Position numbers and translations under genes: made by a program
In this document: positions 8,700 through 17,720 of the stretch, in pieces
How positions within the stretch are numbered: position 1 is the first letter of the stretch
Layout of the letters: the number at the start of each line of letters is the position of its first letter
DNA from: Desulfocapsa sulfexigens DSM 10523
GTDB lineage: Bacteria; Desulfobacterota; Desulfobulbia; Desulfobulbales; Desulfocapsaceae
Length of the DNA: 32,000 nt
Reading direction: 5' to 3'
Assembly (NCBI RefSeq): GCF_000341395.1
Contig: NC_020304.1
Location: 480,001 to 512,000 of the forward strand
The notes under the pieces: model-generated
The model's database searches: none
The model's input: only the letters and a program-made list of their open reading frames with translations
What the model was told of the DNA's origin: nothing

Positions 8700-11600
8700 C
8701 TATCTGCAGGGTACCGGTGACGATTCCGCCATTACCATCGCTTGCGTTGTAATCAAGGGAAGCGGCACCATGGTAGTTGGCGTGGGGGTAAAAGTATATA
8801 AACCGTTCTCTTCACTCACCACTCCGCCATTGACGTTTACGATACCCGTGAGGGTTACATTGTCTCCATCCACGTCCTGAAGAAAGCGTTCAATGGTTGA
8901 AGCATCAAAGGTGATGGCCTGATCTTCGTTTGTGGATAGAGTGTCTGTGAGGATCTCCGGAGCATCATTGCTTCCTGTCACCTCCACGCCGACAAAAGCA
9001 GTTGATTCAAGACCTTCATCATCCTTAATCGTGTAATTGAATCCGGCTTCGGCGCCAAAGTAGTTGGAGTTGGGGGTAAAAGTGATGTTGTTGTTCGCGT
9101 CAACTGAGACGCTCCCATGCTCAGCATCACCCACCGAGACAAAATGTACAGATCCTCCTTCCGGATCACTGTCGTTTGCCAGCAGATCTCCAACGGCAAT
9201 TAACAGCGGTGTTTCCTCCGTGGTCTGAAAACTGTCTGCACCCATGGCAACGGGATCATTGACCGGCAATATCTCAAACTCAAGGTGACCCTGCACCGTG
9301 CCCCGATGGCTGTCATTGGCCTGATAGTCAAACGATGCGATGCCGGAATATCCTGCTTCGGGGATAAACTTGAAGAAGCCGTTTTCTACAACAACACTGC
9401 CGTGCTCAATATTGGTGATGAAATCGAGATGCAACTGATCGCCATCGGCATCGCTTACAAACCTGGCAATCTCTTCCGGGCAGAAGGTGATGGGTTCGTC
9501 TTCGTTGATTGCGGGGTAGGTAGTGCTGCTTACCTGGGGCGCTTCCCGCTGGTCCAGGACTTCAATGGCGGCAAAGCCGGTGCTGAGATTGTCGGACTGA
9601 TCCGTGACGGTGTAAGAAAATCCCGCTTCGGTTCCCGCATAATCAGCATCCGGGATAAAGGTGACAGTACCGCTCGTATCCATGCTTACCTGGCCGTGTC
9701 TGGCACCATGGACCCCTGTCAACTGGATTGTTTCTCCGTCGTATTCGTGGTCATTGGCCAGGAGTTTGTCTACCGTGGTTGTCAGGGAGTGATCTTCGAG
9801 GATAATAAACCTGTCGTCGGTGGGTACTGGACCGAGATTTTCATCAAGTATGGTGAGGCTGGCCTCTCCCCTTTGCGGGTAGGTACCGTCGTGGGCCATA
9901 TAACTGAAATTCAGGGTTCCGGTGAAACCCTTTTCGGGAGTGAAGAGTAAACGGTTATTTATCTCAGTAATTGTCCCATGTTCAAGACCACGAAAATGAT
10001 CAAGGGTGATTGGATCGCCATCGGCATCGCTGTCATTGGTAAGCAGTTGATCCAGATAAAAGGAGTCTCCTTCATAAATGATGAAATGATCCGGGTTCAG
10101 TTCCGGCAGGTCGTTTTGATCTTCAACCACGATTAAGGCACGACGGGTGATGGTTTCTCCACTTGGGCCAAGTAAGGTGTATTCAAAGGAGGCCGTTCCT
10201 GCAAAGCCCTCGTCCGCCGCAAAACGCAGATCTCCATTAACATCTTCGTACAGTGTGCCGTGTTGTACGTTGCCGTAAGAAAGAAGGGTGTAGGATTCTG
10301 CAGACGAACTGTACGATGTTTCCTGAACAAGGCTGCTTGCCAGAAAGCGAAGGCTTGAATCCTGCACCATGGAAAAGTAGACTCCCTGGCTGGTGCCTTC
10401 AGGAAGTGGAGGTGCTTCAAAACCGGAAGGCAGATCCGTCTCGCTTATCAGGATGTTATTGGTAAGGAGTACATCAACCGGTTTCTGGTCGGGATAAAAG
10501 TACTCGTAAAAATCGCTTGCGGATAATTCCTGCCACCACTCAGGGATATTGGAATAGGAAGTGGCGGGTAGTGCGGGTGCCTTTGCAAAGGAGAAACCGG
10601 ATACGCCGCTCTGTTCCGCAAAGGGATCGAAGGTGCTGCCAAGGCCGGGTAGCTGCGAAGAGAGGATCGCCTGCAGGTCTGTCTCGTCAGTGATAGGGGG
10701 AATAGTGTTACTGTCCGTGGGCTGCGCACTTTGCTGTTCGTAGGGGCCATTCCCGTTTGTCAGGTAACTTTCAAGGGCAGCCGCATCCAGCGGTTTTACA
10801 TAATCTATATTGGTTTCCGGGTGTTCTATCTGTCCATAAAAGGCAGAGGCACAGGCCTGATCGACATCAAGGCCCAAGCCCATGGCCAGCAGCAGCCCTG
10901 AAGCCCCTGCAAAGTTATGTTGCAGACTGACGGCAGAAAGGAGCTTTCCGACGGTTTGTGAGGGGCGTTGCTCCGGGGTCAGGGGCAGGGATTTGATATC
11001 CTTATCACCGGCGACAAAGTGCTGCCCCTGGGGGCCGTTGGCGTTGCCGCCTCCTGTAAACACACCGTTGCCGTAGGTAACCCCTACCCGGGGAGTCCAG
11101 GATTCCCCATAGGTATAGGTCATGCCCCGTTTCACAAAGCCCATGGCGGCAAGGCTCGCGTCTACCTTCGCAAAATCTATATTGCCGCTACTGTCACGGG
11201 CAAGTTTAATGGCATCGTCTACCCTGTCGCCACGGTCTCTTGCGTAGAGGGCACCGCGCATATCCAACCCTAAGCGTGATCTGTCAGCTACACTGATCAC
11301 TACTTTACCGCCATACTCAGAGGTGTATTTAATCTCCGGGTCTTTTCCTGCTTCCATGCGCAGGGATGGTAAACTACCATCGATGGTAACCCTGCCTCCC
11401 AATTCTTTGTATTTCTGGATTATGGCAATGAGTGGGGAGCCTGCTGCTCGCACGCTCTCTTTCATATCAGAATCGCCATGGACATCCATAATTACGTTGC
11501 CGTTTTCATCGAGGGCGAAGTCGGCTGTGGCTGAAGGGGGATCTTCGGTCATCAGCATATTGGCTATCTGAAGGACTGCTGCCGCTGCCCATCCCCAGGG

Positions 11601-14366
11601 GCCACAGGCCATTAGGACTGTGGTTGCAGCGGTGACCGCCGCACCCCTTACATCACCCATAGCTAGTTGGGCGCCTATGGCTAGGATGGACATAACGGGA
11701 ATGCTACCGGCGATACTGCCGGTGGTGCCCAGCAGACTGCCTACGCTGCCAAGGCCACCGCTGATGACACCTAAACCGTCTACAACACCCGCGATGGCAT
11801 TGTAGGTCATTATGGCGTTATTAACGGTACTGACAGTCTGATAGGCAATCCTGACAGCATCACCAGACTCCAGCACATCATCGAAGGAAGCGATGTTGCT
11901 GGCAAGGCCTATGGCTGAGCCTATGCCGCTCATGGTGTTTTCACCAAGGTTTATCGAATCAGAATACTGATCTATTCCACGTATAAGTTCAGTAGAAGAA
12001 CTGGCAATTCCCCAGCCGTCTCCGTCTTCAATGGCATCAGCCAAGGCAAATCCAGCGGAGGCGATATTGAGTGCGGTGGCCCCAGATCCGACACCTTCAG
12101 CGTCGAGAAAACCGCCGCCGTTTGCATCCATATAGCTTTCAATATCACGCAGAAGATCAATACTGTTGCCGGCAATTCCCCAGCCGTCTCCTTCATCTAC
12201 TGCCTGCCCGAATCCTATTCCGTGTTCGATGCCGTCTACTATGGCTTCGCTTCCATTGGATTCACTCAGAAACCCGTCACCTCCACCCGGCAGTGCATCG
12301 GCATAATCGTCAAGGCCGGATACAAACCCTGCACCTGTACGGGCCATATCCCAACCGTTTCCGGTGTTTATTGCGTCCCGTAGATCGCTCTCCGAGCTCA
12401 TGAGATTAAGAAATTCTTTATTTAAATCTGCTTGTGGAATTTGTTGTTCGGATTCTTCTGCTTCTGCTTCAGATTGAACTGTATCAGATTCTTCTTTAGT
12501 AACAGCTATCTGGTCTGTTTGGTTCTGAGAATAGGGTACTCCATCCGCTATAAGTAAATCTGGATTTTCCAGTTGCTGCAACCGTGTTTCGGCCTGCTCA
12601 AAGCTAATGTCAAGACGCTCAGCTACTCGACCAACAACCTCCTCATAGGATAGATTTGACGAGTCTTTATCAGAATGAGTCACATCATATACAACAACCT
12701 TGGCCTCAAATAACTCGATCATTAGCGGCAGATAAAGGATACCGTAAACTCCTAAACCATCTATACTTTCTTGGGGAAGATTGCCCAAATCTTCTAGAAG
12801 CTGTATATCAGCCTCGTGCAGTAGCGCCGCTTCATTTGGTTGGTTTTCTGCTTTCTCATAAGCGAAATCATGTGTCATGCAACACTTATCAACATCATCA
12901 ACTCCTTCTACCCATGGGTTTTCAGACGGTGGAGCATACTCCCTGCTCGTCCGCTCCCCAGCAAACCAACCTGGGCCGCAATACAACCCATAAGTTGGAA
13001 CAAGAATTTTCAAATAATCTGTAAATGTCGGATTAACCCAGTATTCAGTGTTGTCTTCTAACTCCGTTTGTGGTGGCTCCTCTTCAGAGCTTGATGTTCC
13101 ACTTTGATTGTTTCTGAGTAAATGCTCTGCAAATGAATCATCATTAGATGCAAGCAAAATTGGGTTTCCATCCGCATCGGTCATGGGGGTAGGCAAAGGG
13201 AATTCCCAATCTTCAGGTGGGATAACAATTTCATAACCAGCTTTAATCTGATCAGGATTATCTATTTCCAGGTTAAAAATGAGGATGTTTTCTACTGTGG
13301 TGTTATTGGCTTTTGCTAATTCAGAAAGGGTATCACCTGGCTGGATGGTGTAATTGTCAAAAGCTTGCGTTGTTTGCCCGGAGCTATTGCTGCCATGATA
13401 ATCTGTTTGCGGTGGGGGGGGATTCTCAATGTTATTATTTAAAGGTGTATCTCCTTTAGAGTCAATGACGGAGACTTTAATGTTGGAATCAGATTGATAG
13501 TCAATGGTGATTTTGTCATTGGGGTTGAAAGGAATTGTCTGTTGATTGTCATCTGTACCGATATAAACGATACCGCTGGCATCCTCCTTGTATTCAACAC
13601 TCCAATTGTTGTCTGGGTCGAGTATAATTGCTGGAGAGCCATCATCATGGTATAACACTTCAGCTTTGGGGTTATCCTGGATATTGGTGAACCGTATTCC
13701 ATCGGAACCCTCCAGTTGCGTGATGATATGTCCCTGTTGCCGCAGAGAATCGACAACTTCCAGATTGCTTTCCAATGGCAGGTCACTGGTCAGGGTACCA
13801 GAGGTCATGTTGAAGGTTATTGTTTCGGGAGATGACGGGAGCGCGTCTGTTGTGTCTTCATGCCCTCTATCTTTAATCTCAGTCACTTTACCCCAAGTCC
13901 AATCCACACCGGTGTTAACGAGGCTACCGGCAACAATACCGACCAGCGGTGCAATGGGTGCAAGCGGTGTACTGCCCACTGCTCCTGTCACAACAATTTG
14001 CGCGACAGTCCCGGCTGTACTCGATAAAGTTGCCTGCATTATCCCTTCCTCTTTGGCACTGATGGCAATATCCAGAATTGCGCCGGGACCTGCACTGTTA
14101 AGATGAAGGAGCAACTTGCCACCGACAGGTAATGAGCCTCCAGCTTCAGCCAGTGTTTGTTCCATGGCTGTCTGTACTCGATCACGTGCGAGAGCGGTAA
14201 ATACTGCTGGACCGGGAAGAAGATCAGAGAGGTCCCCTGTTTCCATTTCCAAACCATGACAACCAGTTATATCAACAGCATATTCTGAAGCATTGATTTT
14301 GGTTATCTCAGCCTGGGGCAAAACATCAGGTGATTCTGTGGTATCTGTTTTATGATCTTCATTCAT
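8700..14366 (-). CDS. N-terminal part of the giant T1SS exoprotein/toxin: LysM-like motif, phospholipase A2-like domain, internally repeated GDGW core, conserved middle domain, then cadherin-like repeats; disrupted by a -1 frameshift near 8783
   Basis: 1888 aa; YTIQPGDTLSELAKANNTTVENILIFNLEIDNPDQIKAGYEIVIP (LysM); YGLYCGPGW...DDVDKCCMTHDFAYE (PLA2-like); repeated AI..GDGWGIA..S..LLR.I; FTPEKGFTGTLNFSYMAHDG / VDKLLANDHEYDGE repeats. Start 12 bp after the stop of the upstream gene and immediately upstream of the HlyB/D/C/TolC genes. Confidence 0.85.
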   Translation of the reverse strand: MNEDHKTDTTESPDVLPQAEITKINASEYAVDITGCHGLEMETGDLSDLLPGPAVFTALARDRVQTAMEQTLAEAGGSLPVGGKLLLHLNSAGPGAILDIAISAKEEGIMQATLSSTAGTVAQIVVTGAVGSTPLAPIAPLVGIVAGSLVNTGVDWTWGKVTEIKDRGHEDTTDALPSSPETITFNMTSGTLTSDLPLESNLEVVDSLRQQGHIITQLEGSDGIRFTNIQDNPKAEVLYHDDGSPAIILDPDNNWSVEYKEDASGIVYIGTDDNQQTIPFNPNDKITIDYQSDSNIKVSVIDSKGDTPLNNNIENPPPPQTDYHGSNSSGQTTQAFDNYTIQPGDTLSELAKANNTTVENILIFNLEIDNPDQIKAGYEIVIPPEDWEFPLPTPMTDADGNPILLASNDDSFAEHLLRNNQSGTSSSEEEPPQTELEDNTEYWVNPTFTDYLKILVPTYGLYCGPGWFAGERTSREYAPPSENPWVEGVDDVDKCCMTHDFAYEKAENQPNEAALLHEADIQLLEDLGNLPQESIDGLGVYGILYLPLMIELFEAKVVVYDVTHSDKDSSNLSYEEVVGRVAERLDISFEQAETRLQQLENPDLLIADGVPYSQNQTDQIAVTKEESDTVQSEAEAEESEQQIPQADLNKEFLNLMSSESDLRDAINTGNGWDMARTGAGFVSGLDDYADALPGGGDGFLSESNGSEAIVDGIEHGIGFGQAVDEGDGWGIAGNSIDLLRDIESYMDANGGGFLDAEGVGSGATALNIASAGFALADAIEDGDGWGIASSSTELIRGIDQYSDSINLGENTMSGIGSAIGLASNIASFDDVLESGDAVRIAYQTVSTVNNAIMTYNAIAGVVDGLGVISGGLGSVGSLLGTTGSIAGSIPVMSILAIGAQLAMGDVRGAAVTAATTVLMACGPWGWAAAAVLQIANMLMTEDPPSATADFALDENGNVIMDVHGDSDMKESVRAAGSPLIAIIQKYKELGGRVTIDGSLPSLRMEAGKDPEIKYTSEYGGKVVISVADRSRLGLDMRGALYARDRGDRVDDAIKLARDSSGNIDFAKVDASLAAMGFVKRGMTYTYGESWTPRVGVTYGNGVFTGGGNANGPQGQHFVAGDKDIKSLPLTPEQRPSQTVGKLLSAVSLQHNFAGASGLLLAMGLGLDVDQACASAFYGQIEHPETNIDYVKPLDAAALESYLTNGNGPYEQQSAQPTDSNTIPPITDETDLQAILSSQLPGLGSTFDPFAEQSGVSGFSFAKAPALPATSYSNIPEWWQELSASDFYEYFYPDQKPVDVLLTNNILISETDLPSGFEAPPLPEGTSQGVYFSMVQDSSLRFLASSLVQETSYSSSAESYTLLSYGNVQHGTLYEDVNGDLRFAADEGFAGTASFEYTLLGPSGETITRRALIVVEDQNDLPELNPDHFIIYEGDSFYLDQLLTNDSDADGDPITLDHFRGLEHGTITEINNRLLFTPEKGFTGTLNFSYMAHDGTYPQRGEASLTILDENLGPVPTDDRFIILEDHSLTTTVDKLLANDHEYDGETIQLTGVHGARHGQVSMDTSGTVTFIPDADYAGTEAGFSYTVTDQSDNLSTGFAAIEVLDQREAPQVSSTTYPAINEDEPITFCPEEIARFVSDADGDQLHLDFITNIEHGSVVVENGFFKFIPEAGYSGIASFDYQANDSHRGTVQGHLEFEILPVNDPVAMGADSFQTTEETPLLIAVGDLLANDSDPEGGSVHFVSVGDAEHGSVSVDANNNITFTPNSNYFGAEAGFNYTIKDDEGLESTAFVGVEVTGSNDAPEILTDTLSTNEDQAITFDASTIERFLQDVDGDNVTLTGIVNVNGGVVSEENGLYTFTPTPTTMVPLPLITTQAMVMAESSPVPCR
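8781..8790 (-). other. Probable single-base deletion (frameshift) splitting the giant exoprotein gene
   Basis: Minus strand reads TTTACCCCCACGCCAACTACCATGGTGCC; inserting one base (expected TTTACCCCCGACGCCAACTACCATGGT = FTPDANYHG) restores ...YTFTPDANYHGAASLDYNASDGNGGIVTGTLQIDILSVDDATVFGADILTTDED, joining the two ORFs. 4873..14366 is 9494 nt (2 mod 3); +1 gives 3165 codons. Confidence 0.9.
12790..13030 (-). other. Phospholipase A2-like domain inside the giant exoprotein
   Basis: YGLYCGPGWFAGERTSREYAPPSENPWVEGVDDVDKCCMTHDFAYEKAENQPNEAALLHEADIQLLEDL: resembles PLA2 Ca-loop (YGxYCGxG) plus catalytic D..CCxxHD..Y signature; CCMTHD encoded around 12865-12890. Confidence 0.75.
13225..13365 (-). 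other. LysM domain inside the giant exoprotein
   Basis: YTIQPGDTLSELAKANNTTVENILIFNLEIDNPDQIKAGYEIVIP matches LysM consensus (YtVqpGDTLwsIAkkygvtv..L...N...p..I..GqkL.IP). Confidence 0.9.
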
Positions 14367-14378
14367 AATTCATCCCCA

Positions 14379-15521
14379 TTAATCCCTTATTGTACGACTG
14401 TTGTTTGTCTTGGTTGGGTGTTCAGGATACTGTTGAACTTCAGGATTTTCACATTGCTGTTTGATCAGGTTGAAAATTGTACCCTCAGCTATTTCCGAGT
14501 TTGTCTGGAATATTGCTCTATAACTGGCTATTTTTTCGTTTTCATTCGCCCAGTTGTCCTCAGGGAGACGCAACAGGGTATCTTCCCGGGCCTGGAGAAA
14601 TTCCTTCACCAGATCACCGGAACAATCAAGATGCCCCAAGGAATAATCCTCATAAATCAATTTTGTGCAGGCACCACGTAGATATATATGCAGGACATAC
14701 CACCATTCATTCTGGAACGTTGCATAATCATTATATACTTGAGGGCTAGTCTCTTTAGTATGTTCACGTAACTTTAGAAAAAGCTGAAAGTGGCGCCTTA
14801 GATTTTTCATATACTCTGTACCGATTTCCCTTTTATAATAATCAACGCCATATCTTTTTTTAAGGTACTCTGCCATAAATAGGTAGTACGCCTTAGCTGA
14901 TCTGAAAAATAGCTTATAACGCCGCTGCCGATTTATTTTATCTTTCATGGGGAGCGTGGCGAGCGGCTCAAGGTGATGACTTACATCTCCGAAATACTGT
15001 TCATATCCCGTTGTTGAGTATACCCACTTGCCCTCATCATCCAGGTAATTAGACATATCGTCCTTTATGGGATTTAGCAGATAATAATTACCAAACCAGT
15101 GAAGCTCCCGTTCCCCATCATCTTCAGGGAGTATTTTCCAGCCTATATTGAAAAGTCCGTCTCGTACCATCCGAACAGGTTTTAAAATGATACTTTTAGG
15201 GCCAACCACTTTTGCCATGGGATAAATGCAAAACACCGAGATGGTAAAAGAGGTCACCATAAATGTCTTACCCAGGAAAAATGGGCGACCAGCTGTCTGT
15301 TTGGAGATCAGTGTTACCCAGCCAACCAGAAGGACTATACCGACAAATCGGGTAGTTTTTTTCAGTATCTGTTTGCCGGTTAACGGTTTTTTTGGTGATT
15401 TCTCAGGGATATAATCTTCAGTAGCCTTTTCCTGAAGATCGTTATCCATATATCCACAAACACAATGAACGGAGCTGTCATCATTATTTATTTCACCACA
15501 TTCTGGACATTCCCAACTCAT
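14379..15521 (-). CDS. Zinc-ribbon-containing membrane protein of unknown function, apparently co-transcribed with the toxin
   Basis: 380 aa; N-terminal WECPECGEINNDDSSVHCVCGY CxxC...CxC ribbon, then a hydrophobic segment RFVGIVLLVGWVTLIS and second TM-like stretch FMVTSFTISVFCIYPMA; stop 12 bp from toxin start. Confidence 0.7.
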   Translation of the reverse strand: MSWECPECGEINNDDSSVHCVCGYMDNDLQEKATEDYIPEKSPKKPLTGKQILKKTTRFVGIVLLVGWVTLISKQTAGRPFFLGKTFMVTSFTISVFCIYPMAKVVGPKSIILKPVRMVRDGLFNIGWKILPEDDGERELHWFGNYYLLNPIKDDMSNYLDDEGKWVYSTTGYEQYFGDVSHHLEPLATLPMKDKINRQRRYKLFFRSAKAYYLFMAEYLKKRYGVDYYKREIGTEYMKNLRRHFQLFLKLREHTKETSPQVYNDYATFQNEWWYVLHIYLRGACTKLIYEDYSLGHLDCSGDLVKEFLQAREDTLLRLPEDNWANENEKIASYRAIFQTNSEIAEGTIFNLIKQQCENPEVQQYPEHPTKTNNSRTIRD

Positions 15522-15673
15522 AAAAATTCCATACCGTATAATTTCCTGCTCCTACTGACTCTTTTATGCTTTTAGTAGTGTATGCCTTTGGTAAAAACAC
15601 ACGATTTATTATTGACCAGAAAGTTGCCCCAACAATCAGAGAGGCTATGACGAAGCTGGTGCTGTCACGAACT

Positions 15674-16837
15674 TTAATCTCTTTCTGGTGACGCTATACC
15701 TTGGTCAATAGCCTGTAAGTTTTTTGGCTTTAAAGACTGCCACTCTTTCTGTTGCTGAGGGAGTTTGATTTCGAACAGGTCTGTACCGTCACTGTTAATG
15801 CTCCAGTAGCTTAAAATTCTATTACGGTCTTTATCATCCTGGAAAATCACTCTTGAGCCATCTAGAGATATTGCGGCATCAGCAATATAACTTTTCATCA
15901 TCGTTAGACGGTTGTTTTTTCCATCACGTTGCTTAATAAACAAATCATAATTAAAGCCTTTTTTCCCTGGATCTAATCCCTGTTTCTTATCTATTCCGTT
16001 TGTTATGGCTTTATACAGTATCTCCTCATGTTTTGTAATTCCAACCAATTTGGAGAATTTATAGTTCTTATGATAACTCTCAATCTCAATGAAAGGTTCT
16101 AAATCTAGTGCGTCGGGTACGTTTAATCTGTCGATGATAAATATCATATTATCCCAATATTTATTATAAAACGCATCAGACTCCTCGCTGTTTATTGACA
16201 GTGGGTATAATCCTGAGAAAATAATTTTCTCACCATCAGGTAAATAAAAACAATTTCCCAATTGATAATACTTATAAAAAGTCAACTGTGTCCTTTCCTC
16301 TCCACCAATATCCATCTCCCAGATATCCCAATGCTTATAACGGGTCTTCCCCCTATTGCGAATTTCGGCTGGCTTTTTGTAGAGAATACGTTTTGCATCA
16401 GGAGAAAAGGTGGGCCAAAATCGCATTCCCCAATCAGGGGTAATGATTTCATAGCTGAAATCACTCAAATCCATTATGGCAAACTTCTTTTTATCCCAGT
16501 GCAATCCCTTTTCGGTAACCTGACTGATTGTGAAAACCAGCTTCGTTCCGTCCCATGAGTAAGATGGTTTGCTCCAGCCTTGATTTTTCGGCGTTTCAAA
16601 TAGGGAGAACTTTTCACTGGCAAAATCATAAAAACCGATGGTTCTGGTGTGGCGCTCTTTGTCCAACCCGTAATATTGGTAAGAGAATGCCATTGTCTGT
16701 CCATCCGGCGATAATGCCAGTCCACTCATCATTTCGGGTTGGCGTACATTTCTCACAACAGAACATCCTCCTAAACTGGCAGCAAATAGCACTATAATGG
16801 TAATATAATGCACCATATAGATTGGTTTAATTAGCAA
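15674..16837 (-). CDS. TolB/WD40-like beta-propeller lipoprotein
   Basis: 387 aa; lipobox-like LFAASLGGC; blades: LALSPDGQTMAFSYQYYG, SYSWDGTKLVFTISQ, TFSPDAKRILYKKPAE, ISLDGSRVIFQDD, WSINSDGTDLFEI. Confidence 0.75.
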   Translation of the reverse strand: MLIKPIYMVHYITIIVLFAASLGGCSVVRNVRQPEMMSGLALSPDGQTMAFSYQYYGLDKERHTRTIGFYDFASEKFSLFETPKNQGWSKPSYSWDGTKLVFTISQVTEKGLHWDKKKFAIMDLSDFSYEIITPDWGMRFWPTFSPDAKRILYKKPAEIRNRGKTRYKHWDIWEMDIGGEERTQLTFYKYYQLGNCFYLPDGEKIIFSGLYPLSINSEESDAFYNKYWDNMIFIIDRLNVPDALDLEPFIEIESYHKNYKFSKLVGITKHEEILYKAITNGIDKKQGLDPGKKGFNYDLFIKQRDGKNNRLTMMKSYIADAAISLDGSRVIFQDDKDRNRILSYWSINSDGTDLFEIKLPQQQKEWQSLKPKNLQAIDQGIASPERD

Positions 16838-17530
16838 ATTGAGAGTATCCCCTCAAGCTGCTCCCCGGTTACTGCAGAATGTCCAACGAGTGTTATGTCC
16901 ACACCAATTATCCGTTTATTATTCATATCTTGATCTCGTTCTCCATAAATCCCACAGGCAAACACCCTACCCGATAATTGCACGTTTGCCACCTACCAGA
17001 ACGGGTAGGTTTTATGCTTTTTCTGCCTTTTTTTATAAGAAAATCAGATTATGCTTAACAGCCAGAGCTAGAGCATGGGAAGGACTGTAAACACCAATTC
17101 TTTTCATCATTAAAATCCAGGTAAACTTCCGAATACGCAATACTATTCTCCCTGAATCCCACCAATGCTGAAGCAATAATCTTTACCGACTCTTCATATT
17201 CACAACCACTTATCAGTTGCCACAGCAACACGATTACAAAAAAATGAGACAGATCTTTTCAAAAACTTTTAAAATCTCCTGAACCCCTCAAAATCATTTA
17301 TAGGGACAGGATATTTTAAAAGAAGAGAAAATATCAACACCATCAATGCGAAAGGTAATATACAAGTTATCTCGCAATTTACTATCCGTAAATATACCTA
17401 TTTTTCAATATAAACAGAAACTAATCCATACTGGTTGAAATGTATCATTGCAATCATTATTGGCTCAAAATCAACTCTAACTAATATAAAGGCAAATTGT
17501 TTATTGCGGCAGGCTGAAAGCACAGGCTAA

Positions 17531-17710
17531 GCGGACCTTCAACATCAGAATCATTGGCCAACAGCTCCGTAACTGTCGTTGTAACAGAAGTGTCCTCATC
17601 GGTGGTCAGGATGTCAGATCCAAAAACTGTCGCATTATCCACGGATAAAATATCTATCTGCAGGGTACCGGTGACGCTTCCGCCATTACCATCGCTTGCG
17701 CTGTAATTAA
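17531..17710 (-). pseudogene. Remnant of the exoprotein cadherin-like repeat region (matches ~8580-8758)
   Basis: Minus strand encodes ...DGNGGSVTGTLQIDILSVDNATVFGSDILTTDEDTSVTTTVTELLANDSDVEGP..., nearly identical to the junction region of the giant gene; interrupted on both sides. Confidence 0.85.
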
Positions 17711-17720
17711 GGCAGCGACA

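Noticed and set aside
4873-8750. Initial impression of a CRISPR or tandem DNA repeat array
   Set aside because: Periodicity is ~300 bp and at the protein level (cadherin-like domains); no short identical repeats with unique spacers.
9285-9950. 221-aa plus-strand ORF
   Set aside because: Same reason: antisense of the cadherin-like repeat region.
10882-11076. Plus-strand ORFs of 60-100 aa across 5000-14000 and 18000-20500 (for example MASSSPEAPAKLCC..., duplicated at 18182)
   Set aside because: Antisense shadow ORFs of the conserved minus-strand coding sequence; their conservation follows from the paralogous genes.
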